Positions 37,254 to 46,976 are shown, counted from the first letter of the stretch. The stretch: 64,000 nt of DNA from Verrucomicrobiota bacterium (GCA_021413925.1 JAIOPL010000013.1:77888-141887); one strand, 5' to 3'. Numbers and translations are program-made. Notes: generated by a model from the sequence alone, not told the origin.

Positions 37254-39731
37254 ATGTCATCACTTTCCACACTCAAGCCCGGCCAGAGCGCCGTCATTAT
37301 AAAGCTACCCGCCGATGAGCAGTTGGCGACGCGTCTTCGCGAGATGGGTGTTCTGCGTGGGACGGAGATCACCTTAGTTCGGTGCGCCCCGCTAGGCGAC
37401 CCCATGGAGTTCCGCCTTCGGGGTTTCGACCTCAGTATCAGACGGGCTGATGCAGCGCAGGTAATGATGAAGCGCGATCCCGCGTCGAGCGGTGAAGCGA
37501 CGCTGCGGCCCGTACAGCCGATTCCTCCAGCGCATGTCGTATCGCCGGCTCCGACAAAGACCGTTCTCTCCATTTCACACGTTCAGACTTCGGAGCCAGT
37601 TAGGGGATCAGGGACGGAAGTGCATCCCAAATCCTACGCTGTTGTTGGCAACCCGAATTGTGGAAAGACCACCCTCTTCAATGCCATGACGGGACTTCGC
37701 CAGAAGGTGGCCAACTATCCGGGCGTCACAGTCGAGAAGAAGTCTGGGCAGTTCATCGGCCAACACGGAGAGAAGGTCGAGCTGCTCGACCTGCCAGGCA
37801 GCTACAGCCTAGGTGCCCATGCCCCCGACGAGAGGATCACACGGGACGTGCTTCTGGATCTCCGGCAAGACACGCCACGCCCCAAGCGTATCCTTTGCGT
37901 TGTGGATGCCTCACACCTCGAGCGCAATCTCTACTTCATCACTCAAGTCTTGGAACTGGGGCTGCCGACCATCATTGCGCTGAACATGATTGATGTCGCG
38001 CAGGCACAAGGGACGCCGGTGAATGCGGAGCGTCTCGCAGAGGAGCTCGGCGTCCCAGTGGTCCCCGTGCAGGCGACGCGCCGGGAGACGCTTCTCCCGC
38101 TGCGGTTAGCCTTGAGTCGCGCTGACATTCCACGCAGCGCCTGGAAGCCTGATTTCCCTTCAGCCTGGACTCGGGCAGCAGATAAGGTTGCAGCATGCTG
38201 GCCCGGTCAGGTGCGAGATAATGGCAGGGCGCTAGGTGAATCACAGGCTCGGATGAAGGCGGCGATATTACTTGCCGCCACGGATTCGGATACCGCCTCC
38301 GTGGCAGCAGAACTGGGAGCTGGCTCCGCATTGAGCGCTGCCATCGGCCAGCGCGCAGCTCTCGAAAGGGAGCTGCCGGAGTGGCGTGAGACCGTTGTGG
38401 CGGAGCGCTACGAGCAGATTGGCAAGCTCTGCCATGCCGCCCAAGGAGGAATGACCGCCATGAGCGACAAGCTCACCCAACGGCTCGATGACCTTCTGAC
38501 GCACAAAGCATGGGGGTGGCTCATCTTCGTCGGGATGATGGTGCTGATGTTCGTCTCGATTTTCACCATCGCCTCCTATCCGATGGATTGGATCGAAGCT
38601 GGATTCGGAATGCTCTCGGGCGCCGTGCAGGAGGCCATGCCCCCCGGTGACCTCCGCGATCTCCTCACCGATGGAGTCATTGCGGGAGTCGGCGGTGTGG
38701 TGGTCTTCCTACCTCAAATCCTGATTTTATTCTTCTTCATCGGCCTGCTTGAAGACACCGGGTACATGGCGCGGGCTGCATTCCTCATGGACCGAGTGAT
38801 GAGCAAGGTCGGCCTCCACGGAAAATCTTTCATCCCCCTTCTAAGCTCCTATGCGTGTGCGATTCCGGGGATCATGTCCGCGCGAACGATCGAGAATCCG
38901 AAGGACCGCCTTGTCACCATTCTGGTGGCGCCGCTCATGAGCTGTTCAGCCCGTCTCCCCGTCTACGCCTTGATGATCGCGGCCCTGCTTCCCTCTGAGT
39001 CCGTCTGGCTCAAGGGAGCCATCATGATGGGCCTCTACCTACTCGGTACCACGGCGGCGCTCTTCTTCGCATGGCTCTTCAAGAAGACCATCCTGCGGGG
39101 CGAAACCCCGATCTTCTTAATGGAGCTCCCATCTTACCGGCTTCCCTCCCTCCGGCAAATCGCGGCGCAGATGGTGCAGCGGGCCGGCCTCTTCCTGAAA
39201 CGTGCCGGAACGGTCATCCTCGGTATAGCGATCATCCTGTGGTTCCTCGCTACCTTCCCAAAGATGAATTCCCCAGTGGGAATGCCAGAGCCAACCAAGA
39301 CAGAGCAACTCCAACACAGTTATGCCGGCCGGATCGGCCATGCACTCGAGCCTGCGATTGCACCACTCGGTATGGATTGGAAGATCGGCATCGGACTCGT
39401 GGCCGCACAGGCCGCCCGCGAGGTGTTCGTCGGCACCATGTCGATCGTCTACAACGTCGAGGGGGGTGAGGATCAGCAGGATGGCACTCTGGTGGAAACC
39501 CTCCGGGAGGAGAAACGCCCCGATGGAACGCCGACATTCACGCCCCTTACATGTCTTTCGATTCTTGTTTTCTTCGTTCTCTCGATGCAGTGCGTCAGCA
39601 CGCTGGCGGTTGTGCGCCGCGAGACGAACAGCTTCCGCTGGCCCCTCTTTCAGTTCTGCTACATGACGGGAACGGCCTATGCGCTTTCCTTCCTAGTCTA
39701 CCAAGGCGGCCGTTTGATGGGCTTCCACTGA
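37254..39731 (+). CDS. feoB: Fused FeoA-FeoB ferrous iron transporter
   Basis: 825 aa. N-terminal FeoA SH3-like domain (LKPGQSAVIIKL...LREMGVLRGTEITLVRCAPLGDPMEFRLRG), a ~55-aa linker, the G-domain VVGNPNCGKTTLFNAMTG, then the polytopic FeoB membrane domain. Confidence 0.92.
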   Translation: MSSLSTLKPGQSAVIIKLPADEQLATRLREMGVLRGTEITLVRCAPLGDPMEFRLRGFDLSIRRADAAQVMMKRDPASSGEATLRPVQPIPPAHVVSPAPTKTVLSISHVQTSEPVRGSGTEVHPKSYAVVGNPNCGKTTLFNAMTGLRQKVANYPGVTVEKKSGQFIGQHGEKVELLDLPGSYSLGAHAPDERITRDVLLDLRQDTPRPKRILCVVDASHLERNLYFITQVLELGLPTIIALNMIDVAQAQGTPVNAERLAEELGVPVVPVQATRRETLLPLRLALSRADIPRSAWKPDFPSAWTRAADKVAACWPGQVRDNGRALGESQARMKAAILLAATDSDTASVAAELGAGSALSAAIGQRAALERELPEWRETVVAERYEQIGKLCHAAQGGMTAMSDKLTQRLDDLLTHKAWGWLIFVGMMVLMFVSIFTIASYPMDWIEAGFGMLSGAVQEAMPPGDLRDLLTDGVIAGVGGVVVFLPQILILFFFIGLLEDTGYMARAAFLMDRVMSKVGLHGKSFIPLLSSYACAIPGIMSARTIENPKDRLVTILVAPLMSCSARLPVYALMIAALLPSESVWLKGAIMMGLYLLGTTAALFFAWLFKKTILRGETPIFLMELPSYRLPSLRQIAAQMVQRAGLFLKRAGTVILGIAIILWFLATFPKMNSPVGMPEPTKTEQLQHSYAGRIGHALEPAIAPLGMDWKIGIGLVAAQAAREVFVGTMSIVYNVEGGEDQQDGTLVETLREEKRPDGTPTFTPLTCLSILVFFVLSMQCVSTLAVVRRETNSFRWPLFQFCYMTGTAYALSFLVYQGGRLMGFH

Positions 39732-39827
39732 GCGAAAGCCGGGGATGGATCATCGGGAATAGCTGGATCGGGAAACCCTATAACCTATGCCCTATCTCCA
39801 ATCCCCTACAGGTGCTAACCTGTAACT

Positions 39828-39965
39828 GTGACACCAGAACTCCAGACAGCATTAGCCCTCGGCATGGTCGCCGCCGCCGCCGCGTTTTTTGTCACCCGCT
39901 GGTTCAAGGCGCGCAAGAAGCCGGGGTGCGGCGGAGGCTGCGGGTGCGCCTCAAAGAAAATTTAG
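39828..39965 (+). CDS. FeoB-associated Cys-rich small membrane protein (unlisted mini-ORF)
   Basis: Manual translation gives VTPELQTALALGMVAAAAAFFVTRWFKARKKPGCGGGCGCASKKI* (GTG 39828, or ATG 39864 for 33 aa). One TM, a basic patch and a C-terminal CGGGCGC, as in the small proteins commonly found after feoB. It is too short for the ORF track. Confidence 0.6.
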   Translation: MTPELQTALALGMVAAAAAFFVTRWFKARKKPGCGGGCGCASKKI

Positions 39966-42643
39966 ACCGGAGCTTTAGTCGATTTCTTAGCCGGTGCTTT
40001 TTTCTTAGCGGGAGCTTTCTTGGGCTTAGCTGCCTTCGTCGCCTTCTTCTCCACGGCCTCAGCCACGGCGTCAGTCGTGAGGTTGGGCTTGAGTGGTTTG
40101 CCGAAGCGACCGCGCTTTACGGTTGATCCTTCCCCTTCGGCACCCCCGGCTTTAGGAGCCTTTGGTTCCCTAGGCTCGAATTCGAAGCTAACCTTTTTCC
40201 CATCCAGTTTGAGGTAGGCGGCGAACTTGCGCCCTTTCTTGGAGACGAATCCAGCGATGAGGTTCGTTCTGCCGGTCTCGGCTAGCTTGACGATTTCCTC
40301 TCTTGGGATGGAGCGCTGGAGGATGGTCTTGCCGGTGCGGAACTCGCATGACTTCTCCGCGCCGATCGACTGGTCGCACACGTAACTGGTGACGCCTTCG
40401 CGGATGGTGCCTTTTTTGCAGACAGGGCACGGCGCGATGGCCTCGGAATTGCGGATGGCCGCCTCGGCAGCGGGATCTCCCTCGCGTTCGCCGAAGACGA
40501 ACTTGAGCTTGAACTCCGGATCAAACTCCAGCTCTGCGGAGAAAGGTTTTCCGAAGCGGCTGCGGAAGCCGTCCAGCGGGCCGACGGCTTTTTTCGTGAG
40601 CAGCTCGGTGATCTCGGGGCGCTCCAGCGGCCGGCCTGCAAGAGACTTCCAGAGACTCAGGTCACAGTTTCGGCATTTGAACTGGCGTACGTTCTCTTTG
40701 AAGGGGCCCTTGCCGCACTTGGGGCAAACGACCTCCAGGTCAGGGAAGGCCCCCTCGGCATCGTCGGTGAAGCCCTGGGCCTTCGTGATGATGTCGCGCG
40801 TGAAGACGCGGATCTCCTCCATGAACTCGGGGCGCTGGAACTCTCCGGCCTCCATCTGCTTGAGCTTGTGCTCCCAATCGCCCGTCAGCTCCGGCGAAGT
40901 CAGGACAGCCACACCCATGTGCTTGAGCAGGTTGACTAGCGCCATGCCCTTACTGGTGGCGGTGAGGTCGCGTCCCTCGCGCAGGACATAGCCGTCGCCC
41001 AGGAGTCCCTCGATGATTGCGGCGCGCGTGGCCGGAGTGCCAAGGCCGCGCAGGCTCATGGCCTCGCGCAGTTCCTCATCCTCGACCAGCTTACCCGCGC
41101 CTTCCATGGCGCTGAGCAGGGTCGCTTCATTGTAGCGGGCCGGGGGACGCGTCTGTGTCTCATGCACCTGAACGGAGTCGGTACGGGCGGGCTCGAGCGC
41201 GCCAGATGCTCCATTGGCAGCTGCAACCGGAACTAGAGTCTTCGCATCTTCCTCGCCCTCGGCGACCGCATGCTTGCCATAGACGGCCTGCCATCCTGGA
41301 TCAGTGAGCACCTTCCCCTCGCTCTTGAAAGGCTCTTCCTCCACGCGGGTGATCCGGGTGGTGACATCAAATCGGGCGGGAGGATAGAAGACCGCTACGA
41401 AGCGCTGAGCGACCATCTGGAAAAGCTTGGCCTCGACCTCGTCGAGGCCGGCGATGGAGGCGCCGGTCGGGATGATGGCATGGTGGTCGGAGACCTTCGC
41501 ATTGTTGAAGACCTTGCCGGTCTTGATGACCCAGTTCTGGGTTAATGCATGCTCGGCGTGCTTGCGCAGTTCCTTGTCCTCGAACGACTTGAAGGCTGCT
41601 TTTACTGCAGGCATGCTATCCTCGGGGAGGTAGCGGGAGTCAGTTCGGGGATAGGTGAGCACCTTGTGATGCTCGTAGAGGCGCTGGGCCAGCTGGAGAG
41701 TGCGCTTGGCGCTGAAGCCAAAGCGGCCGTTGGCCTCGCGCTGGAGGGTGGTCAGATCGTAGAGGAGGGGTGAGGCCTGGCTGGTTGATTTTTTGGTCTC
41801 TTCGATGACACCCGGTTTGCCTTCGCACTTGGTGCGGATCGCCTCCGCAGCGGCGTGATCCCAGAGGCGTTCGGCCTTCTTGTCCGCAGAGTCGGCTTCC
41901 CCTTCGGATTTCTTGAAACTCTCGTCGAACCAGCGGCCGGGATAGTTTCCGGCAGCCACGGAAAAGACTCCGTGGACCTCAAAGTAGGTCTTCGGCACAA
42001 AGGCGCGGATCTTCTCCTCACGCTCGACTAGGATAGCGAGAGTCGGGGTCTGGACGCGTCCTACGGGCGTAAGCTGGAAGCCACCCTGTCCGGAGTTCAC
42101 GGCGGTGAGTGCGCGGGTGCTGTTGATCCCGACAAGCCAGTCACTCTCGGAGCGGCAGACGGCTGCTGCGGCCAGCGGCTGCATCTCAGCATCATCGCGC
42201 AGATGGGCAAAGCCCTCCTGAATTGCTTCCTTGGTCATCGACTGGAGCCAGAGGCGCTTCACCGGCTTCTTGCAGCCGGTCAGTTGGATGATGTTGTGGA
42301 AGATGAGCTCTCCCTCGCGGCCGGCGTCGCAGGCATTGATGACCGAGGTGACCTCGGGCTTCTTGAGCAGTCGCTTGACCACGGCTAGGCGATCCGCGGA
42401 GCGCGCAATGGGTTGAAGCTCAAACTCCTCGGGAATGATAGGCAGGGACTCCAGTTTCCAAGAGAGGCCTTTGCCCCCTGTCATTTTGTTCGGAAGGCAG
42501 AGCTCCACTAGGTGACCGACCGCCGAGGTGATGATGTAGTCGTCCACCTCGAAGAACTCGGCCTTAGCTGCCTTTCCCCCCAAGGCTCTGGCCAGATCGG
42601 CGGCGACGCTGGGCTTCTCGGCGATGACTAGGGTTTTGGACAT
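39962..42643 (-). CDS. Type IA DNA topoisomerase (topoisomerase III-like signatures) with C-terminal zinc ribbons and Lys-rich tail
   Basis: 893 aa. TOPRIM N-terminus LVIAEKPSVAADLARAL, active-site region LTYPRTDSRYLPED, zinc ribbons CPKCGKGPFKENVRQFKCRNC and CPVCKKGTIREGVTSYVCDQ, and a KKA/KAP-rich tail. Confidence 0.9.
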   Translation of the reverse strand: MSKTLVIAEKPSVAADLARALGGKAAKAEFFEVDDYIITSAVGHLVELCLPNKMTGGKGLSWKLESLPIIPEEFELQPIARSADRLAVVKRLLKKPEVTSVINACDAGREGELIFHNIIQLTGCKKPVKRLWLQSMTKEAIQEGFAHLRDDAEMQPLAAAAVCRSESDWLVGINSTRALTAVNSGQGGFQLTPVGRVQTPTLAILVEREEKIRAFVPKTYFEVHGVFSVAAGNYPGRWFDESFKKSEGEADSADKKAERLWDHAAAEAIRTKCEGKPGVIEETKKSTSQASPLLYDLTTLQREANGRFGFSAKRTLQLAQRLYEHHKVLTYPRTDSRYLPEDSMPAVKAAFKSFEDKELRKHAEHALTQNWVIKTGKVFNNAKVSDHHAIIPTGASIAGLDEVEAKLFQMVAQRFVAVFYPPARFDVTTRITRVEEEPFKSEGKVLTDPGWQAVYGKHAVAEGEEDAKTLVPVAAANGASGALEPARTDSVQVHETQTRPPARYNEATLLSAMEGAGKLVEDEELREAMSLRGLGTPATRAAIIEGLLGDGYVLREGRDLTATSKGMALVNLLKHMGVAVLTSPELTGDWEHKLKQMEAGEFQRPEFMEEIRVFTRDIITKAQGFTDDAEGAFPDLEVVCPKCGKGPFKENVRQFKCRNCDLSLWKSLAGRPLERPEITELLTKKAVGPLDGFRSRFGKPFSAELEFDPEFKLKFVFGEREGDPAAEAAIRNSEAIAPCPVCKKGTIREGVTSYVCDQSIGAEKSCEFRTGKTILQRSIPREEIVKLAETGRTNLIAGFVSKKGRKFAAYLKLDGKKVSFEFEPREPKAPKAGGAEGEGSTVKRGRFGKPLKPNLTTDAVAEAVEKKATKAAKPKKAPAKKKAPAKKSTKAPV

Positions 42644-42834
42644 GGCTGGGTGCAGAAGTTAAAACGTTGAATGGTGAATCGTTAAAAGGGGAAGGCTGCG
42701 GAGTTGGGAGCAAAGCAGGAAAAATCGAATCGGGAAAAAGAAAATGAAGAGCCACGAAATCAGCAAGAGAACGACAGACCGGGCCTTTGTAACATTTTAA
42801 CGGTTCAACTCCTGTAACGCGCAGTCCTTATTTA

Positions 42835-43932
42835 TCAGATCAGTTTGATGAAGCGGTTGCCCGGTTGGGCCCGGACATGGCGTCCTAGCTCAAGGGCGAG
42901 CAACCTAGAAGAGACCGTCGCCGGTGGCAAACCGGATCTGGCAATGATCGTGTCCACGGGGGTCGGATCCTCTCCGATCGCCTCGTAAACCAGGAGCTCC
43001 TCGCCGGTCAGTTCCACCTTCGGACGGCTGCGGGAGAGCTCCGGAGGTACCGCAAAGATCATGGGAAGATCTGACAGTATGTCGGCTGCATCGATCACGA
43101 GCTTGGCCCCCTGCTGGATCAGACGGTTTGAGCCGAGCGTGCCAGGATGATCGATCCGACCCGGAACGGCATAGAGTGAACGGCCTTGATCCCCGGCCTC
43201 CCTGGCGCTGATCAGGGCGCCACTGTTCTGGCCTGCCTCCACGACCAGCAGGCCGAAGGAGCAGCCGCTGATGATCCGGTTCCGCTTGGGAAAGGTCTGC
43301 TTGGTTGGGGTGACACCCATGGGGAACTCACTGATCACAGCCCCGTGGTTCTCAACGATCTTCTCAACCAAGGGAATATTCTCCTCAGGATAGATATGGG
43401 AGAGGCCGCTGCCCAGAACCGCAACCGTGCGGCCATTAGCTGCTAGCGCTGCCTGATGGGCCGCCGTATCGATGCCGCGTGCCAGACCGCTGTAGACCGT
43501 CAGTCCTGAGTAGGCTAGCTGGTAGCCTAGCTTCTTGGCCGACTCCAAGGCGTAGTGGCTTGCCTTCCGCGTGCCGACGATGCCGATGCCATTCCGTTGG
43601 TCGCGTTCCTCCAGCTTGCCAAGGATGTAGAGGACGATTGGGGGATCATGGATCTCCTTGAGAAGTTCGGGATACTCGGAGTCGGCTTGGGTCAGGACCC
43701 GGGCTCCTGCCTTCTGAACCAAAGCAAGCTCGGCATCCAGATCGGCGTGTTCTTGCCAGGAGTTGATGACGGAAGAAACTTCAGGCCCTATCCCTTCCAC
43801 ACCGCGCAATTCCGAACCGGTGGCCCCGAGGATCGCGGAGAGGGACCCGAACCGGTCAGTCAGCCGCCGCACCCGTACGGGCCCCACCTGGGGAAGCATA
43901 TTCAGGATGATCGCGGCCTCGGTGTCAGTCAT
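42835..43932 (-). CDS. dprA: DNA-processing protein DprA (Smf)
   Basis: 365 aa. Rossmann-like core with SGLARGIDTAAHQAAL and a C-terminal winged-helix domain. Confidence 0.9.
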   Translation of the reverse strand: MTDTEAAIILNMLPQVGPVRVRRLTDRFGSLSAILGATGSELRGVEGIGPEVSSVINSWQEHADLDAELALVQKAGARVLTQADSEYPELLKEIHDPPIVLYILGKLEERDQRNGIGIVGTRKASHYALESAKKLGYQLAYSGLTVYSGLARGIDTAAHQAALAANGRTVAVLGSGLSHIYPEENIPLVEKIVENHGAVISEFPMGVTPTKQTFPKRNRIISGCSFGLLVVEAGQNSGALISAREAGDQGRSLYAVPGRIDHPGTLGSNRLIQQGAKLVIDAADILSDLPMIFAVPPELSRSRPKVELTGEELLVYEAIGEDPTPVDTIIARSGLPPATVSSRLLALELGRHVRAQPGNRFIKLI

Positions 43933-43945
43933 TGGTGGAGAGAGG

Positions 43946-44097
43946 CTATTGGGTATTTGGGCTGTTGGACTATTGGCAATTCAGTACGCCTGCCAAGTTA
44001 TGCGCAGACGTTCGTCTGAAACGAAAAATTCAAGGGACCAGACATGGTAGATTAATAAACCTGAGCCAACAGCCCAATAGTCCAACCTGCCAACAGG
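43946..44097. repeat. Paired word blocks in opposite orientation (GGGCTGTTGG / TTGGACTATTGG) around a ~87-nt core
   Basis: The left block is CTATTGGGTATTTGGGCTGTTGGACTATTGGC (43946-43977). The right block is GCCAACAGCCCAATAGTCCAACCTGCCAACAGG (44065-44097). CCAACAGCCC and CCAATAGTCCAA are exact reverse complements of the left-block words. Confidence 0.7.
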
Positions 44098-44784
44098 CTA
44101 ACGCAGCTCCTTCAGGACGGTCGTGAGGTAGACTGGTTCGGGGTGGGTCTTGCGGTATTTCGTGATCTCGCTGCGGTTGAGCACCTGGAAGCCGTAGCGT
44201 TCGAAAACCCTAGCTCCACGCCGTGCTTCAAAGGTCACCACCTGACCATAGACCTGGCGCACGTTCTTGCAGCGCAGATGCTCCAGATAACTGTTCATGA
44301 GCTTTGTGCTATGGGCCAGTCCTTGCGCTTCTGGCAGAATATTGAAGTGGAAGTGGGCGCTACGACGGGGAGCCTTAGGAACTTCCTTCCACGAAGTGCG
44401 TAGGATCCAGCCGATGAAGTCACGCGTAGCCTTGTTGTAGAAGGGGTACTTGGCCATCCCGCGGGTGAAAAGGTGGATGTTGTTGAAGAAATTGAAGAGC
44501 TGCTGGCGGAAGGGACGGTAGGAACCGAGCAGATAGCCCTTCACAATGCCCTCCTGCTCAAGCACGAACGAGGACTCCGGCTCGATGTCCGTGTAGTACC
44601 GGGTCAGGTAGTCCGCGAAAATCTCGCGATCCTGGAAGACCGGGTCGATCGCCTTACCTAGAAATCCGGTCTCGCAGCAGAGATGGCGCACGGCCTCGCG
44701 ATCACGTGACTCGTAACGGCGGATAGTCACTGCGGATTGACGTGCGGGTGAAGGGGGGGCGGTGACGGGCGATGCTACGGACAC
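44098..44784 (-). CDS. GNAT-family N-acetyltransferase
   Basis: 228 aa with a GTG start 1 nt after the upstream stop. The IRRYESRDREAVRHLC...FVLEQEGIVKGYLLG layout is typical of GNAT proteins. Confidence 0.65.
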   Translation of the reverse strand: MSVASPVTAPPSPARQSAVTIRRYESRDREAVRHLCCETGFLGKAIDPVFQDREIFADYLTRYYTDIEPESSFVLEQEGIVKGYLLGSYRPFRQQLFNFFNNIHLFTRGMAKYPFYNKATRDFIGWILRTSWKEVPKAPRRSAHFHFNILPEAQGLAHSTKLMNSYLEHLRCKNVRQVYGQVVTFEARRGARVFERYGFQVLNRSEITKYRKTHPEPVYLTTVLKELR

Positions 44785-44785
44785 T

Positions 44786-45952
44786 CTAAGGGTTGTACGA
44801 GGCGATCACCTTCCGGTAAATCGCAAAGAGACGAGCAAAGACTTCCTTCCAGCAGTAGCGGCCTTTCACGAAGGCGGAGGCCCGCAGGCCCGAGGCCGCA
44901 AGATCCTGATCCGCAACCGTCCGAATCGCCCCGGCCAGTGCCTCCGCATTGTTGTCCACCGACCAGTTGTGCAGGCCGCTGAAGTTGATCGCGTCCATGT
45001 AGCTGCCGCGGATCCCGACCACGGGTGTTCCGCAGGCCTGACTCTCGAGGGTCACCAGTCCGAAGGTCTCTTTGACCCCGGGATGCACGAAGAGATCCGC
45101 CGCCCTGTAGATATCAGCCAGCTCCTGGGATCCGTTGCAGTAACGAATCCAGCTTACGGCCTGCGTCGCTTCTTCCAGATGATGAAGCGCATTGCGGAGC
45201 ATGCCGTCGCCTACCACAACCAGATGAAAACGTCTCGGATCGCTCTTGTGAAGCAGCGCGAAAGCCTCGAAGAGCTTGCGGACGTTCTTGTCGGCATTAA
45301 GCCTGCCGACATAGAGCAGAACCTGTTTGTCGGAGGGCCATCCGAGGGCCTGGCGAGCTGCATGTCCGCGCTCTCTGTCGGGAAAGAAGATGTCCGTGTC
45401 GACGCCTAGTTCAAGAGTCTCGACGTTCTCCATGCCCCACATGCTAAGGAGTTCGGAGAGGCCGGCACTTGGGACTAGCGTGCGCTCGAAGCGGTTGTAG
45501 AGCGTGACAGCGTACTTCTTGCCGATTTCCTCGGCCATCATCACGGAGATGGAGCCGAAGTACTTGGCCACGGAACGAAGCACTGCGTCCGGAAAATGCG
45601 AATGGTAGAAGCCGACCGTGGGGATGCCGAGCGCACGTCCCGAGGCGAGGGCCTTCCATGCAATCTGATAGGGATCGCCCGATTCGATCAGGTCCGGCTG
45701 TTCCCGCTCCAAGGCCTCCTCCACAAGGTTGAGATTGATGAGCGCGCGATAGCGTGCCGTCCGCGAAATCAGCGGCGATTCGATCGTGTAGATCGTCTGG
45801 AGTCCCTCAATTCGGCGCTCGGTCTTTTCGCCCGGAATGATCAGCACATGGCGATCACCGGCCGCTTCCAAGTGAGCCGCCTTCTCCGCTACATAACGCC
45901 TCACCCCCCCCGAGAACGGGGAGTAGAATTGGGTGAGGTCGCAAATTACCAC
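44786..45952 (-). CDS. Glycosyltransferase family 4 (GT-B, retaining)
   Basis: 388 aa with a GTG start. C-terminal EX7E-type region ETFGLVTLESQACGTPVVG. Confidence 0.85.
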   Translation of the reverse strand: MVICDLTQFYSPFSGGVRRYVAEKAAHLEAAGDRHVLIIPGEKTERRIEGLQTIYTIESPLISRTARYRALINLNLVEEALEREQPDLIESGDPYQIAWKALASGRALGIPTVGFYHSHFPDAVLRSVAKYFGSISVMMAEEIGKKYAVTLYNRFERTLVPSAGLSELLSMWGMENVETLELGVDTDIFFPDRERGHAARQALGWPSDKQVLLYVGRLNADKNVRKLFEAFALLHKSDPRRFHLVVVGDGMLRNALHHLEEATQAVSWIRYCNGSQELADIYRAADLFVHPGVKETFGLVTLESQACGTPVVGIRGSYMDAINFSGLHNWSVDNNAEALAGAIRTVADQDLAASGLRASAFVKGRYCWKEVFARLFAIYRKVIASYNP

Positions 45953-45980
45953 TGAAAATGAGGAAGGGCAGGAGCCCCGC

Positions 45981-46907
45981 TTACAGACCCGCTAGCCAGC
46001 GTTCCGCGTCGATTGCAGCGGCGCAGCCCATGCCCGCTGCTGTGATGGCTTGGCGGTAGACGGAGTCGGCGCAGTCGCCGGCGGCGAAGACCCCGGGGAT
46101 GTTCGTGCGGCTACCCTCGCCGAGAATGAGGTATCCAGCCTCATCCATGGTGAGCTGTCCTTGGAAGATTTGCGTGTTCGGTGTGTGGCCGACCGCCACA
46201 AAGACCCCTGCGCAATCCAGCGTGCTGACTTCATCGGTCACGATGTTCTTCAGGCGCACGCCGGTGACGCGGTTTTGCGTGACATCGAGAACCTCTTCCA
46301 CAACGGAGTTCCAAACGGGTGTGATCTTGGGGTTGGCGAGAGTCCGCTCGGCCATAATTTTGGAAGCGCGGAGTGCATCGCGTCGGTGGATCAGATAGAC
46401 TTGGGAGGCGAACCGGGTGAGATAGCTGGCCTCTTCACAGGCCGAGTCTCCTCCTCCCACGACCACGAGCGGCTGGTTGCGGAAAATCGGTAGAGCCCCG
46501 TCGCAGGTAGCGCAGTAAGTGACCCCCCTGTTCTCGAGTTCATGTTCCCCGGGGACGCCGAGGTGGCGGTGTCCCGCGCCGACAGCAACGATGACGGTTC
46601 GGGTCTCGATTGTTTTTCCATCGACCGTGACTTTCAGCGGGTTGGAGGAGAAGTCGACCGACTCCACGCGACTCAAATACTGGATCCGTGTTCCGAAGCG
46701 GGTTGCCTGTTCCTGCATCTCCATCATCAGCGCCGTTCCCTCGATGCCGTTCTGGAAGCCGGGGAAGTTCTCGACGCTCGAGGTGGTGGTGAGCAGGCCG
46801 CCCGGCTGCTGGCCCGTGATCAGAAGAGGGTTGAGATTGGCGCGCGCTGTATAGATCGCGGCGGTCCATCCGGCGCAACCGGATCCGATGATGACGACTT
46901 GTTCCAT
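45981..46907 (-). CDS. trxB: Thioredoxin-disulfide reductase
   Basis: 308 aa. FAD site IIGSGCAGWTAAIY, redox centre CATCDG, NADPH site VVGGGDSACEEA. Confidence 0.93.
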   Translation of the reverse strand: MEQVVIIGSGCAGWTAAIYTARANLNPLLITGQQPGGLLTTTSSVENFPGFQNGIEGTALMMEMQEQATRFGTRIQYLSRVESVDFSSNPLKVTVDGKTIETRTVIVAVGAGHRHLGVPGEHELENRGVTYCATCDGALPIFRNQPLVVVGGGDSACEEASYLTRFASQVYLIHRRDALRASKIMAERTLANPKITPVWNSVVEEVLDVTQNRVTGVRLKNIVTDEVSTLDCAGVFVAVGHTPNTQIFQGQLTMDEAGYLILGEGSRTNIPGVFAAGDCADSVYRQAITAAGMGCAAAIDAERWLAGL

Positions 46908-46918
46908 CCGGTGATGTT

Positions 46919-46951
46919 AAAACCTGAAACCTGAAACCTGAAACCTGAAAA
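46919..46951 (-). repeat. Heptanucleotide tandem array, sense strand (CAGGTTT)x4, in the trxB leader
   Basis: The + strand reads AAACCTG x4 exactly (46920-47947 is wrong; correct range is 46920-46947), flanked by A runs. The array is 12 nt from the trxB start codon (46907). Confidence 0.9.
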
Positions 46952-46976
46952 TGGGAAATCTCTGTCAGAGACTTTC

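Noticed and set aside
39551-40126. A 191-aa + strand ORF bridges the end of feoB and the end of the topoisomerase gene.
   Set aside because: It is out of frame with feoB and antisense to the topoisomerase tail. The only credible + strand coding unit in this interval is the 33-45-codon Cys-rich mini-ORF, which is in a different frame.
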